From the human T2T-CHM13v2.0 reference genome, Homo sapiens, in NCBI GenBank assembly GCA_009914755.4, contig CP086569.2:5152001-5216000 (forward strand): 64,000 nt of DNA, given 5' to 3'. Under the pieces are notes generated by a model. It saw nothing but the letters and a program-made list of their open reading frames with translations. It was not told where the DNA came from and ran no database searches. Below are positions 53,990 through 64,000 of this stretch, piece by piece; position 1 is the first letter of the stretch, and the number at the start of each line of letters is the position of its first letter. The translations under genes and the position numbers were made by a program.

Positions 53990-56900
53990 AAATTTATTTT
54001 TAGGTAGAGAAAAAAGTAAGCATATTCATTCTAAGATAAGCAGCTAGAAGCTTCGTATGTACATGATCATATGTATATGTTAGGTGGTTCTCTGATGAAG
54101 ATAGGTCTATTTCTCCTAAGAAATTGCTTTGTCTTTTGTTTTTGACAGCATGTATAATTTATCTAATTATGTTGCTTTATTTGTCTTGTTTTCTGTGAAG
54201 CACAGAGCCAAAATTGTGGCCCAAATAAAGCAAGAAGATTTGCAGTGCAAGCTGCTTCTTTCAAAGGGTCTGTGAATTCTTTTGGTGTTCTGGTATGTTC
54301 CTGTGGTGGTTCTTGGAGCAAACGTTTATGATGTGAGTCTCCACATGCTGTTCTGTCCTTCCAAGTGGGAGCAGCACATGAGTCCACCATTTTGCTGGAT
54401 TATTTTTTCTATTCATTCTTTATTTATTATTTGCATTTCATTTTGGAAACCTTCTATTGACGAGTTTTGTCAATAGACATCAAGTCTTTGATTCTTTCCT
54501 CAGCTATCTCCAAGTTATTGATAAGGCCATCAAAGGCATTCTTCATTTCTGTTAAAAAGAATTTGGCAATCTTTAGATCTACATATATATATATTATTTT
54601 CTCAAGAGCTGAGCAAATTCTAATGGTATCTCTCTTTGAAAGGAATCAAATATTATTATTATTTGATGCACATATATTTCTCAAAAGGTCTTATTACCAT
54701 AGATTGGTGCTGTTAGGCTTAGGTATCCATGGCTCCTCAACTCATAGTCTCTCAATACTATGATAATGTCAACTGAAGAATGATGAGGTTCATAAATTTG
54801 GAAAGAAAATCTTTATTTCCATAAGGGATTGCAGCCTGCAGAGTGGCTGTTGTGACAGGCTGGGAAGGCTAACCTCCAATCAGAAGCCAGAAACAAATAC
54901 TTAAAGGGTCGGAAGAATAAGACATGGATTTGTGCTGAATGAAGTGGCCAAATATACATATTCAGTAAGCTATAGGAGGAGGCATGAATATTTATGAAAG
55001 AAGAAATATGTGTATGTACAACTGAGCTTTATGCCTCTCCATGGGATCCATGTTCAAAAAATGGCAGTGTTGGCATATGAGGGTGGAGTTTTTGGCCCTC
55101 TGACATTAAAAGATGAAGTAGAGGACACAAAAACCCTCACTGTGCATCCTCCGTAGACTGTCCAGAACCATCCCATAGCTGGCAGTCTATTATTAGGAAG
55201 AAGTGCTGGTCTGTTGTTTTGTTAAAACCTCAAAAAGAGGGAGCAATATCAGGTACTTGGTTAAAACTAGCAGTGCAGCAAGTCTCTTGAAAGGTTTGGT
55301 TTCTGTTTAATCCTTAGAGAAGAAAGCCTATTGGTGGTTAGTGAGGGAGTGAAGGATTATAATAAGGAATGACGCCTTCCCATTGAGTCATGGCCAGAAA
55401 CTCAGGTTCCAAGGTTTCTTTGGGGATCCCTTGGCCAATAGGAGAGGTCATTCAATTGAATTATGGGCTTTTTTATTTTTATTTCTCAGTAGAATGGATC
55501 AGGCAGTAATCATTGTGGAAAATGTAGAAACTATGTCAAACTAAATGTTTAAGTACTACTACTATTAAGTAATAATATCAAGGTCTTAAATCATGTGCTT
55601 ACCGTGTTCAAAGCACTAACATTTTATTCTCAAAACAAACATATGGGATAAACTTAACATCTCAAATTTAAGGGTTAGTAAACTGAAGCTTAAAGAGGTT
55701 AAGGAGGTTGTTCAATTTACACCATTAGGACATGATGGAACCAGTGGTACATGTGCCACCAATATCTGTCTTTAACTCTTATGTGATCCTGACACAAATA
55801 TGTTTGTTTACAGATTCACCACATTGACACATACACTTTCATTGTGAATGGAACAAGAGGAAATAGAATTAAGACATCACAGACTGTTTCATAGAATCAC
55901 TATTTAAAAAAAAAATTCTGTAGCGTTACAGCTTTCCAAGACAATCAGTCATTCTTAACCAAGAGTCACATGGCTGCACCAGTAACACTTCATATCTTGA
56001 GTCCTAGAATGCAATTCTTATCCAAAGGATGACATAAGAAATCAGAATGGAATTTCTATTCTCAGTCACATCCATTGGCCTATGAATTGAAAATTTCATT
56101 TTCAGAAGGTAATTATATTCTCTTCTCAGGATTTATCTTTGAGGACAGTGTATACTTCTTAATTTATTTTAGTACAGACTCTCATTTCTAATCAGTAATG
56201 CTAATTTGGAGAGAAAAGAAGGTTTTCTTTGCAAGCATGGGGATTTTGATAGAAACGTCATACTTTTTTAAACTTTCCTAGACAATTTCAGCTTTTGTTT
56301 TTTTCTCTGAAGCAGATGGTATTGAGTGAAAAGTTCTATAATGCATTCATCATTACCCATTCACTGCTCATTGAGATGAGAGAGTGATGTACTTCATCAG
56401 AGGAAAGTACTCTACTGTCTAACTTACACTACCACTTTCAGGAGAAACAGTTAACTTCCTAGAAGAGGTGGTTAACCATATATGGGTGAACATATGTGTG
56501 CCTATAATTTTCTCCTTTTAAAATAACTTTCAGACAATTGTGGACCTTTATTTCATGACATTAATGTACTTTTACATCATTGACTAACAAAGAATGTAAT
56601 TTACAATTTTTATGTGAATGAGAACTCTAGTCCATCAATGCAATTACAATGCATCAATTATCCTTCCTGAATGTTAAGTACATCTCGCAAAAAATAGTAT
56701 TTTTACTTTTACTCTGTATAAATGAAAAATTTTGAAACAGTCCAAAATATGTCAGTATTCATTTGCATTAAAATAAGAGGATACAGTGTAGGCAACTAGA
56801 AAATATTTCCGATAAAAATATTCTAGTGACTTTAAAGCTGAATTGCAGGGATTTTAAGAAAAGAAAAATAATAATTTGTTGTGTTTATAACTACAACAAG

Positions 56901-57236
56901 AGATATGTTTAACCTATTTAGTTACTTCACTAAATAGCAATCATGCAAATAAGAATTCGAGGACACAATTTAGACTGAATATATGTTTTAACTACCAGGT
57001 GAACTGGCACAAGTTGTGAATACCACAAATAAAATATTGGCATTCTATAATTCTTTTAAATTAATAGAAAAATACATTTTATCTTTGAAGATTTATATTA
57101 TTTGGAAATAAAATATTTATAGTTATTTTTCACTTTGTATAATTGGAAAAATTGCCTTAATATGTGCTTATTATATGAGAGTGAACACTTTTTATTTCTC
57201 ACTGTGCTGTACTGAAAGTCAAAGATTTGCTATTGT

Positions 57237-57272
57237 GTGTATATATGTGTGTGTGTTTGTGTGTCTGTATTT
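57237..57272. repeat. Imperfect (GT)n
   Basis: gtgtgtatatatgtgtgtgtgtttgtgtgtctgt. Confidence 0.6.
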
Positions 57273-57439
57273 TCTTAGGTCAAATTATTAATATTTAGTG
57301 TGCAAAAATTCCTGGATATAGAAAGCAGCAGAATGATTATCAGATCCTGGAAAGGGTAGTGGCGTGATTGAGGAAGTGGGAATGGTTAATGAGTACACAA
57401 AAATAGAAAGAATGAGTAAGACCTACTAATTGATAGAAC

Positions 57440-57955
57440 AATAGGGTGACTATAGTCAATAATAACTGTACATTTTGAAAAAAACTAAAAGAGTGTAATT
57501 GGATTATTTGTATCACAAAGGATAAATGCTTGAGAGGATGGATACCCCATTCTCCATGATGTAATTATTTCACATTGCATGCCTGTATCAAAACATCTCA
57601 TGTACCCCATAAATATATTACACCTCCTACATACTCACAAAATTTAAAAATGAAAATTGAAATAAAAATTCTACATATCCAATTCAAAAGAGAAACAATG
57701 GAAGGCACATGTTTATAAAAAAAAAATCTCGGATTGAGAATGGAAATTAGAAAGTGATTCCCAAATAACTAGAGAAGTGGAGTTAAAATATTCCTAACAC
57801 AAAGAAATGATAAATGTTTGAGGTGACTTTTACCCCATTACCCTAATTTGATCATTTCCCGTTCTATGCTTTTATCAAAGTATAACATGTACCTGATAAA
57901 TGTGTGCAATTATTATATGCACATAAAAATAAAGAATAAAAAAGGATTACCCCTT
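57440..57955 (+). mobile_element. Two short, consecutive L1 3'-terminal fragments (old L1P/L1M 3'UTR ends), each ending in an A-rich tail
   Basis: Copy 1 runs about 57440-57730 and reads gggtgactatagtcaataataactgtacattttgaaaaaaactaaaagagtgtaattgg...gataaatgcttgagaggatggataccccattctccatgatgtaattatttcacattgcatgcctgtatcaaaacatctcatgtaccccataaatatattacac. Copy 2 runs about 57790-57955 and reads ttcctaacacaaagaaatgataaatgtttgaggtgactttaccccattaccctaatttgatcatt...tatcaaagtataacatgtacctgataaatgtgtgcaattattatatgcacataaaaataaag. Both match the L1 3'UTR terminus. Confidence 0.55.
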
Positions 57956-59786
57956 TTTAAAAAAGTTAAATGTATAATATTTCTCTTTGAGTACATTAAA
58001 ACAAGTGCTTTTATTTATTCTGATAATTGAATATGTGTTAAATATGAATAAAAGTTGTACGTTATTTATTGTGTTTTCAGGATCCAAGCCACTTTGGTGG
58101 CATTTTTTTTTTAGTTTAACATTATCTCATAATTATAACTTTCATATACCGGACAATTACTTCATTGCATGTAAATATACCTCATTGATTTTAACAATGA
58201 CAGAGGTGGGTGGATGACTGTCAGAGTTGTTTTTCTTAAGCTATTGTGGTCCTCCCCTGAATGATGCTGTAACATGCATTATGCTTTGAATAAATGCCAT
58301 CTGTAAACAAATGAGTGATTTGTTAAAAGAAAGGTAGCAATAAATGAAAATTCCGGCAGAAGTTAATGAATATTGTTAGTTGAACTGTACAATGCAAGTA
58401 AATATTAGTTTTTACATTTTATATGAGTAGACATTTGCAAAGTGTCAATCACTTTCTTTTCATGTATATTTTTTTCACATACAGTGCTAATGACCTAGCA
58501 AGCCTATAGCTGCTAAATCAGTACTATTTTTTTTTATTTCTGTTTTTTATAAACGCAGTCAGTATTAGAACAAAAGCTACATACTCTGTCTTGGTCACAG
58601 TTGACATGGAAGCCAAATATGTCTGTAATTGAATTATGAATCTTCTATAATAACCTTCAAACAAATCTTTTTATTACTTACAATAGTGAAATAGAAAGTT
58701 TTTCTAATTTTATTTCATAAAAGACACTTAGAGACTACTCAATAAGGATTTGAAGAGTGTCTTTCAATGTTCAGGGAGTCCTAATACACATGTAATTTTT
58801 GTTAAACTATATTTCTGCTCCTTGCTCACTCTAAAGGTAAAAATGACTGGTGGAAAAGATTGTGAAACTGTTATAGGCTATGAATATTGCAGAGGCTTAG
58901 CTAGTTGCCTAATGTGTTTAATTAGTATTGAACAACTGCAAAATCACTTTGGTTTATAGCCATGGTCACACACTTTTGTTTTCTTCTTTTCTTCCATTTT
59001 TTTTTTTTTTTTTTGCCCCTTTCCTCTCTTATGCAAAAGCCTGCTCTGATTTCACAAACTAGAAGGTTAAGGCTCGCATAGCCGACTCCTAGCAGATTGG
59101 TTTAATACATAAGAAGTATTCAGTTTGCTCATTTTTAGTGTAGGCCTTTAACCTAAGTAGATAAAGCATTTTATATTTTCAATATGACGTTAAATAACAT
59201 TTGACTAATCTTTCACTGATATATATTGGTGTATACCTAAACTACTAATCACCATCAGATTTCCATCATGCTTCCATTGCCCCAAGCTAGGTCTCTTCTC
59301 TATCTACTAGTTATTCTATTTTTTTAGTTATTCAAATTTAACATCCTTACTATTACTAGTAGTTTCTACTAGTTTAGCAATGTGGAATAATTACTATTCA
59401 GTTTTGTTGCTTACTGAGACATAACTGTCAAATAAAGCAAATTTTTTTATTATCTGTAACAGCAGGTAATCATAAAATATAAACGGCCAGGTAATCACAA
59501 AAGTATGCATGCATTTCAAATGTATCATGCAGTCTTCTTCCTGGAGGCAACAGCAGATATTCTTGACTTTTTTTCCTAGATAGCATTTTAGTGAGAGTTT
59601 TGCTATGATTTACTTTGCCAGGAGGAAAAATGTTATTACAAATAAATGTCATATATACTAAATGCTTTGTATTGCCCCTTTTCATTATCTCCCACCTTGG
59701 ACCTTTCAAAGAACTAGATTTTGATTTCATATTGTTTTCATTATTTTTCTGTTTTAAATTTTATTGATTTATGTTTTTGTTTTAGA

Positions 59787-59932
59787 TAGACATGGTCTTG
59801 CTCAGTCACTCAGGCTGGAGTGTAGTGGTACGATCATAGTTTACTGTGACCTCAAACTCCTGGGCTCAAGTGGTCTTTTTCCTCAGCCTCTCGTGTAGCT
59901 AGGACTAAACACACACACCACTATGCCTGGTT
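59787..59932 (-). mobile_element. Alu right-monomer fragment (AluJ/FRAM-like)
   Basis: gagacatggtcttgctcagtcactcaggctggagtgtagtggtacgatcatagtttactgtgacctcaaactcctgggctcaagtggtc...cctcagcctctcgtgtagctaggactaaacacacacaccactatgcctgg. The motif cctcaaactcctgggctcaag is AluJ-type. Confidence 0.6.
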
Positions 59933-60436
59933 AATGACTTATTTTTCTTCTTCTTCTTTTTGCTTGCTTTGATTGTATTTGCTGTTCTTCAAGTTTCTTA
60001 AGGTGAAAATTTAGAACATGGAATGGAGAACTGTCTTCTTTTCTAGTTTGTAGTATTTAATGTAATGTTCCCTCTAACCAGTGCTTTCGTTGCATCTTAC
60101 AAATTGTGATATGCTTTATTTTGTTTTCATTCAACTGTGATTTCCTTTTGGCCTATGTACTGTGTAGAAATGTTTGTTTTCTCTCTCCAGTTGTATTGGG
60201 TTTTTTTTTTCATGTATTTCAAAGCTCTGTTTTAAGGTGTATATATATGTAGGATTGTTAATTCTTCTTGGTAAATTGATCCTTTTATAATTATAAAATT
60301 TCACTCCATATCCGTGTTTATATTCCTTGTTCTGATGTCTACTTCTGATATTAATATAGTCATTTCAACTTTTTTGCTCTTGGTTTGCATGGTATATCTT
60401 TTTCCATCTTTTAGCTTTTTTGTATGTCTGTTTTCT

Positions 60437-60600
60437 GTTTTTTTGTTCTTTTTTTTTTTTTTTTTTTGTCTTTTTTTTTCTTAGAGACAAGGTCTTGTTA
60501 CGTTGCCCCAGCTGGCTCAAACTCCAGGGTTCAAGAGATTCTCCTACCTCAGCTTCCCAAATAGCTGGGACTGCAGGTGTGCACTGCTGCACCTGGCTAG
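60437..60600 (-). mobile_element. Partial Alu (monomer-sized, internally deleted) with a long poly-T leader
   Basis: t-rich 60437-60482 then gagacaaggtcttgttacgttgccccagctgg...gggttcaagagattctcctacctcagcttcccaaatagctgggactgcaggtgtgcactgctgcacctggctag. Confidence 0.65.
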
Positions 60601-60796
60601 CTATCTTAACTTTTATCCTACCTAGGTCTTTCTAGCTAAAGCAGCTTTTTTGTTCACGGATATAGTTGGGCTTTGTTTTTTTTTGTTTCATTTTGTTTTT
60701 TTAATCCAACCTGAAAATCTTAAAATACATGTGCTATAACTATTTATTTTCATGTATTTATTGATGTTATTGGATTTAATTCTACCATTTTAATAG

Positions 60797-61150
<354 letters not shown>

Positions 61151-62296
61151 CTCTCTCTCCCCCTTTTCTTTTGAATTCCTTGGATTTGTTTTTCATATTC
61201 CACTTTAATATATCTGTTGACCTCTGACTATGTCTCCTGTATTATTTCTTAGTGCTTGCGCTAGGCCTGATAATATACATACCTAACCTTTCACAGTTTA
61301 CTCAGAGTTATATTTTACTACCACAGTAAAAATGTGGAAGTTTTACCATGGAGTTTATCTTTTCCCACAAACCTTTTTGTTATAGTTGTCATATGGGTTA
61401 CAACTATGTACTGATTGCAATGATCATACATAATTTAAAGAATTTAAGAAAAGAAAATTTAGTTTTATATTACCCATTTTTTATTATTCATCTTTCTCTT
61501 ACTTTATTCCTGAAATTTTTTCCTACAGGCCTTCAAATTAACTTTTTATTAGTTACAACAATGAAATTGAATATTTAATTTTTTCTCTTAAGAACGAGAT
61601 TTAATAAATTCAACTTCATGTAATTTTCCTTCAGCCTGAGATCTTTTGGCAGTGAGTTCTGTGAGTTTCCCTTCATCTACGAATGCCTTTCTTTATCCTT
61701 CATCCCAAGGAGGGTTTTTAATGGATATTTAATGGATATAAAGTTTTACATTAGGAGTTAGTTGCTTTCTTTCATCATTTTAAGATACCATCTCACTATT
61801 TTCTGGCCTTCATGGCTTTTAATGAGAGAACATTGGTAATTCAAATTATTGTTCCATTAATTATAATGAATTATTTTTCTCTAGCTACTTAACATTTTCT
61901 TTCTCTATTGTTAGAAGCTTGATTGTGGTGTATCTGGGCATTGATTTCTTTCAGTTTATCATGGTTGGGGGTTGCTGAGCTAATGAATATGTAATTTTGT
62001 TTCTCATCAAATCTGGAAGTTTTTGGTCCTAATTTCTTCACATTTTTTTTTATGGAGCAATCACTTTTTCTTCTTCCTGAGACGTCAAAGACATTTATTT
62101 TAAAACTTTTGAGATTTTCCCACTGTTTCCTGAAGCTCTTCTCCGTCTTTTTTCAATCTTTCTTCTCTCTCTGTTCTTCAGATTGGATAATTGTTATTGG
62201 TCTGTCTTCAAGTTCATTGACTCTTGCCTCTGTCATCTCCGTTCTGCTCTCAATCACATGATCATATTATGTGAATAGTTTATTTATCTGTGTTTT

Positions 62297-63080
62297 GTTT
62301 TTTAACTTTTAAGTTCAGGGGCACATGTTATACAGGTATATTGCATGCCATGGGGCCTTGGTATACAGATTATTTTGTCACCCAAGTAAAAGCATAGTAT
62401 CCAATAGGTAGTTTTTCTTTGTGTCCATATGTACTCAGTTTAGCTCCCACTTATAGTGAGAACATGTGGTATTTGGTTTTCTGTTTCTGTGTTAGTTTGC
62501 TTAAGATAATGGCCTCCAGCTTTATTTACATTTCTGCAAAGAACATGATCTCATTCTCTTTTTATTGCTACATAGTATTCCATTGTGTATAGGCACTACG
62601 TATTTTTATCTGGTGTTCCATTGATGGGCATTTACGTTGGTTCCATGTCTTTGCTATTGTGAATAATGCTGCAATGAACATACACTTGCATATGTCTTTA
62701 TGGCAGAACGATTTACATTCCTTTAGGTATATACCCAAGGATGAGACTGCTGGGTCAAACGGTAATTCTACTTTAAGTTATTTGAGAAGTCCCCACACTG
62801 CTTTCCACATGGCTGAACTAATTTATATTCCAACTAACAATATGTAACTCTTCCCTCTTCTCCACAACATTGTGAGTATCTCATTGCGGTTTTGATTTGC
62901 ATTTATCTAATGATCAGTGATGCTGAGCATTTTTCATACTGTGCTTGTAGGTCACACGTATGTCTTATTTTGAAAAGTATTTGTTCATGTACTTTGCCCA
63001 CTTTTTAATGGAGTTGTTTGTTTTTTGCTTGTTAATTTGTTTAAATTCCTTATAGATTCTGGATATTAGACCTTTGGAAT
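62297..63080 (-). mobile_element. L1 (older L1PA/L1PB-like) 3' end, 5'-truncated
   Basis: ttaacttttaagttcaggggcacatgttatacaggtatattgcatgccatggggcc...gctcccacttatagtgagaacatgtggtatttggttttctg...gtattccattgtgtataggcactacgtatttttatc...gctattgtgaataatgctgcaatgaacatacacttgcatatgtctttatggcagaacgatttacattcctttaggtatatacccaagg is the reverse complement of the L1 3' region. Confidence 0.8.
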
Positions 63081-63237
63081 TGTTTATTTTAGATATTGAA
63101 TTTTCAGTTCTAAAATTTTTATTTGATTATCTTATAGTTTCTACTTCTGTGAAAGAAATAGAATGTCTACTTATTAGACAGTGATTTTAAGCAGCTCTTA
63201 TATACCGGCTCAGTGAAATAAATGAACCCATAGAATT

Positions 63238-63910
63238 TCTTTTTTCTTTTTTTTTTTTTTTACATTTTATTTCCAGAGGTTTTTGGGGAACAGGTAGTTG
63301 TCAGTTACATGGATAAGTTTTTCAGTGATGATTTCTGAGATTTTGGTACACACATCACCCCAGCAGTGTACACTGTACCAAATTTGTAGTCTTTTATCCC
63401 TCACTCCCCTCCCACCCTTTCTCCTGAGTCCCCAGGGTCCATTGTATCATTCTTATGCCTTTTCATCCTCATAGCTTAGCTCCCAGTTATGAGTGAGAAA
63501 ATATGATATTTGGTTTTCTATTCCTGAGTTACTTAACTTAGAATAATGATCTCCAATTCCATCCTGGTTGCTGCAAATGTGATTATATCATTCCTTTTTA
63601 TGGCTGAATAGTATTCCATGGTATAAAACACAATTTATTTATTCACTGGTTGATTGATGGGCATTTGAGTTGGTTATATATTTTTGAAATCGCAAATTGT
63701 GTTGCTATGAACATGCATGTGCAAGTATTTTTTTCGTCTAATGACTTATTTTCCTCTGGGTAGATATTCGGTAGTGGGATTGCTGGATCAAGTGATATTT
63801 CTACTTTTAGTTTTTTAAGGAAACTGCACAATGTTTTCCATAGTGGTTGTACTAGTTTACACTCCCACCAACCATGTAAAAGTGTTCCCTTTTCACCACA
63901 TCCACGCCAA
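63238..63910 (-). mobile_element. Second, independent L1 (L1PB-like) 3' end, 5'-truncated
   Basis: poly-T then tacattttatttccagaggtttttggggaacaggtagttgtcagttacatggataagtttttcagtgatgatttctgagattttggtacacacatcaccccagcagtgtacactgtaccaaatttgtagtcttttatccctcactcccctcccaccc...gctcccagttatgagtgagaaaatatgatatttggttttc...ccaccaaccatgtaaaagtgttcccttttcaccacatccacgcc. Confidence 0.75.
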
Positions 63911-63913
63911 CGT

Positions 63914-64000
63914 CTATTTTTTTTATTTTTTATTTTATTTATTTCTTTATTTCTTTATTTTTTGAGACGGAGTCTCACTCTATTGCCCAGGCTGGAGTGC
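63914..64000 (-). mobile_element. Alu cut by the window end, with a T/A-rich (TTTA-like) leader
   Basis: ttttttattttttattttatttatttctttatttctttattttttgagacggagtctcactctattgcccaggctggagtgc. Confidence 0.8.

Overview
This 64 kb window is primate nuclear DNA, almost certainly human or another catarrhine. It is not a prokaryotic locus, so no operon, CRISPR array or defence or biosynthetic system can be supported from the sequence. The call rests on about 20 Alu SINEs, several retaining CpGs and clean target-site duplications (AluY-like), plus LINE-1 remnants of several ages, MIR pieces, DNA-transposon relics and microsatellites in an AT-rich background. This is the pattern of a long intron or gene-poor region. 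The six-frame ORFs are overwhelmingly translations of L1 ORF1/ORF2 remnants, Alu bodies, an LTR-like GC-rich block, or a roughly 700 bp polypurine tract that yields poly-Pro, poly-Gly and poly-Glu artefacts.

The only strongly supported host coding feature is a single internal exon on the + strand at 28623-28821. It has a pyrimidine-tract/AG acceptor and a perfect GTAAGT donor, and encodes a Ser/Asp/Glu-rich, probably disordered segment ([21 protein letters not shown]...[23 protein letters not shown]). I could not assign it to a gene from memory. Three other loci deserve a second look:
- An isolated CpG-rich, about 290 bp island at 11489-11775 may be a promoter or first exon.
- A roughly 1.5 kb GC-rich block at 18110-19630 has the CCAAT, TATA and polyadenylation layout of a solitary ERV LTR.
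- An almost uninterrupted 693 bp purine/pyrimidine mirror tract at 52706-53398 carries an embedded CAG/CAA run and has H-DNA potential.

Two further observations are structural. A perfect 38 bp inverted repeat and a second 21 bp palindrome sit directly on either side of an Alu insertion at 37379-37864. Positions 650-10400 hold a nested cluster in which an old L1M is interrupted by a Tigger1-like element, Alu pieces, a 5'-intact but ORF-disrupted primate L1 and an AluS. All family assignments are from memory of consensus sequences and should be confirmed with RepeatMasker/Dfam.
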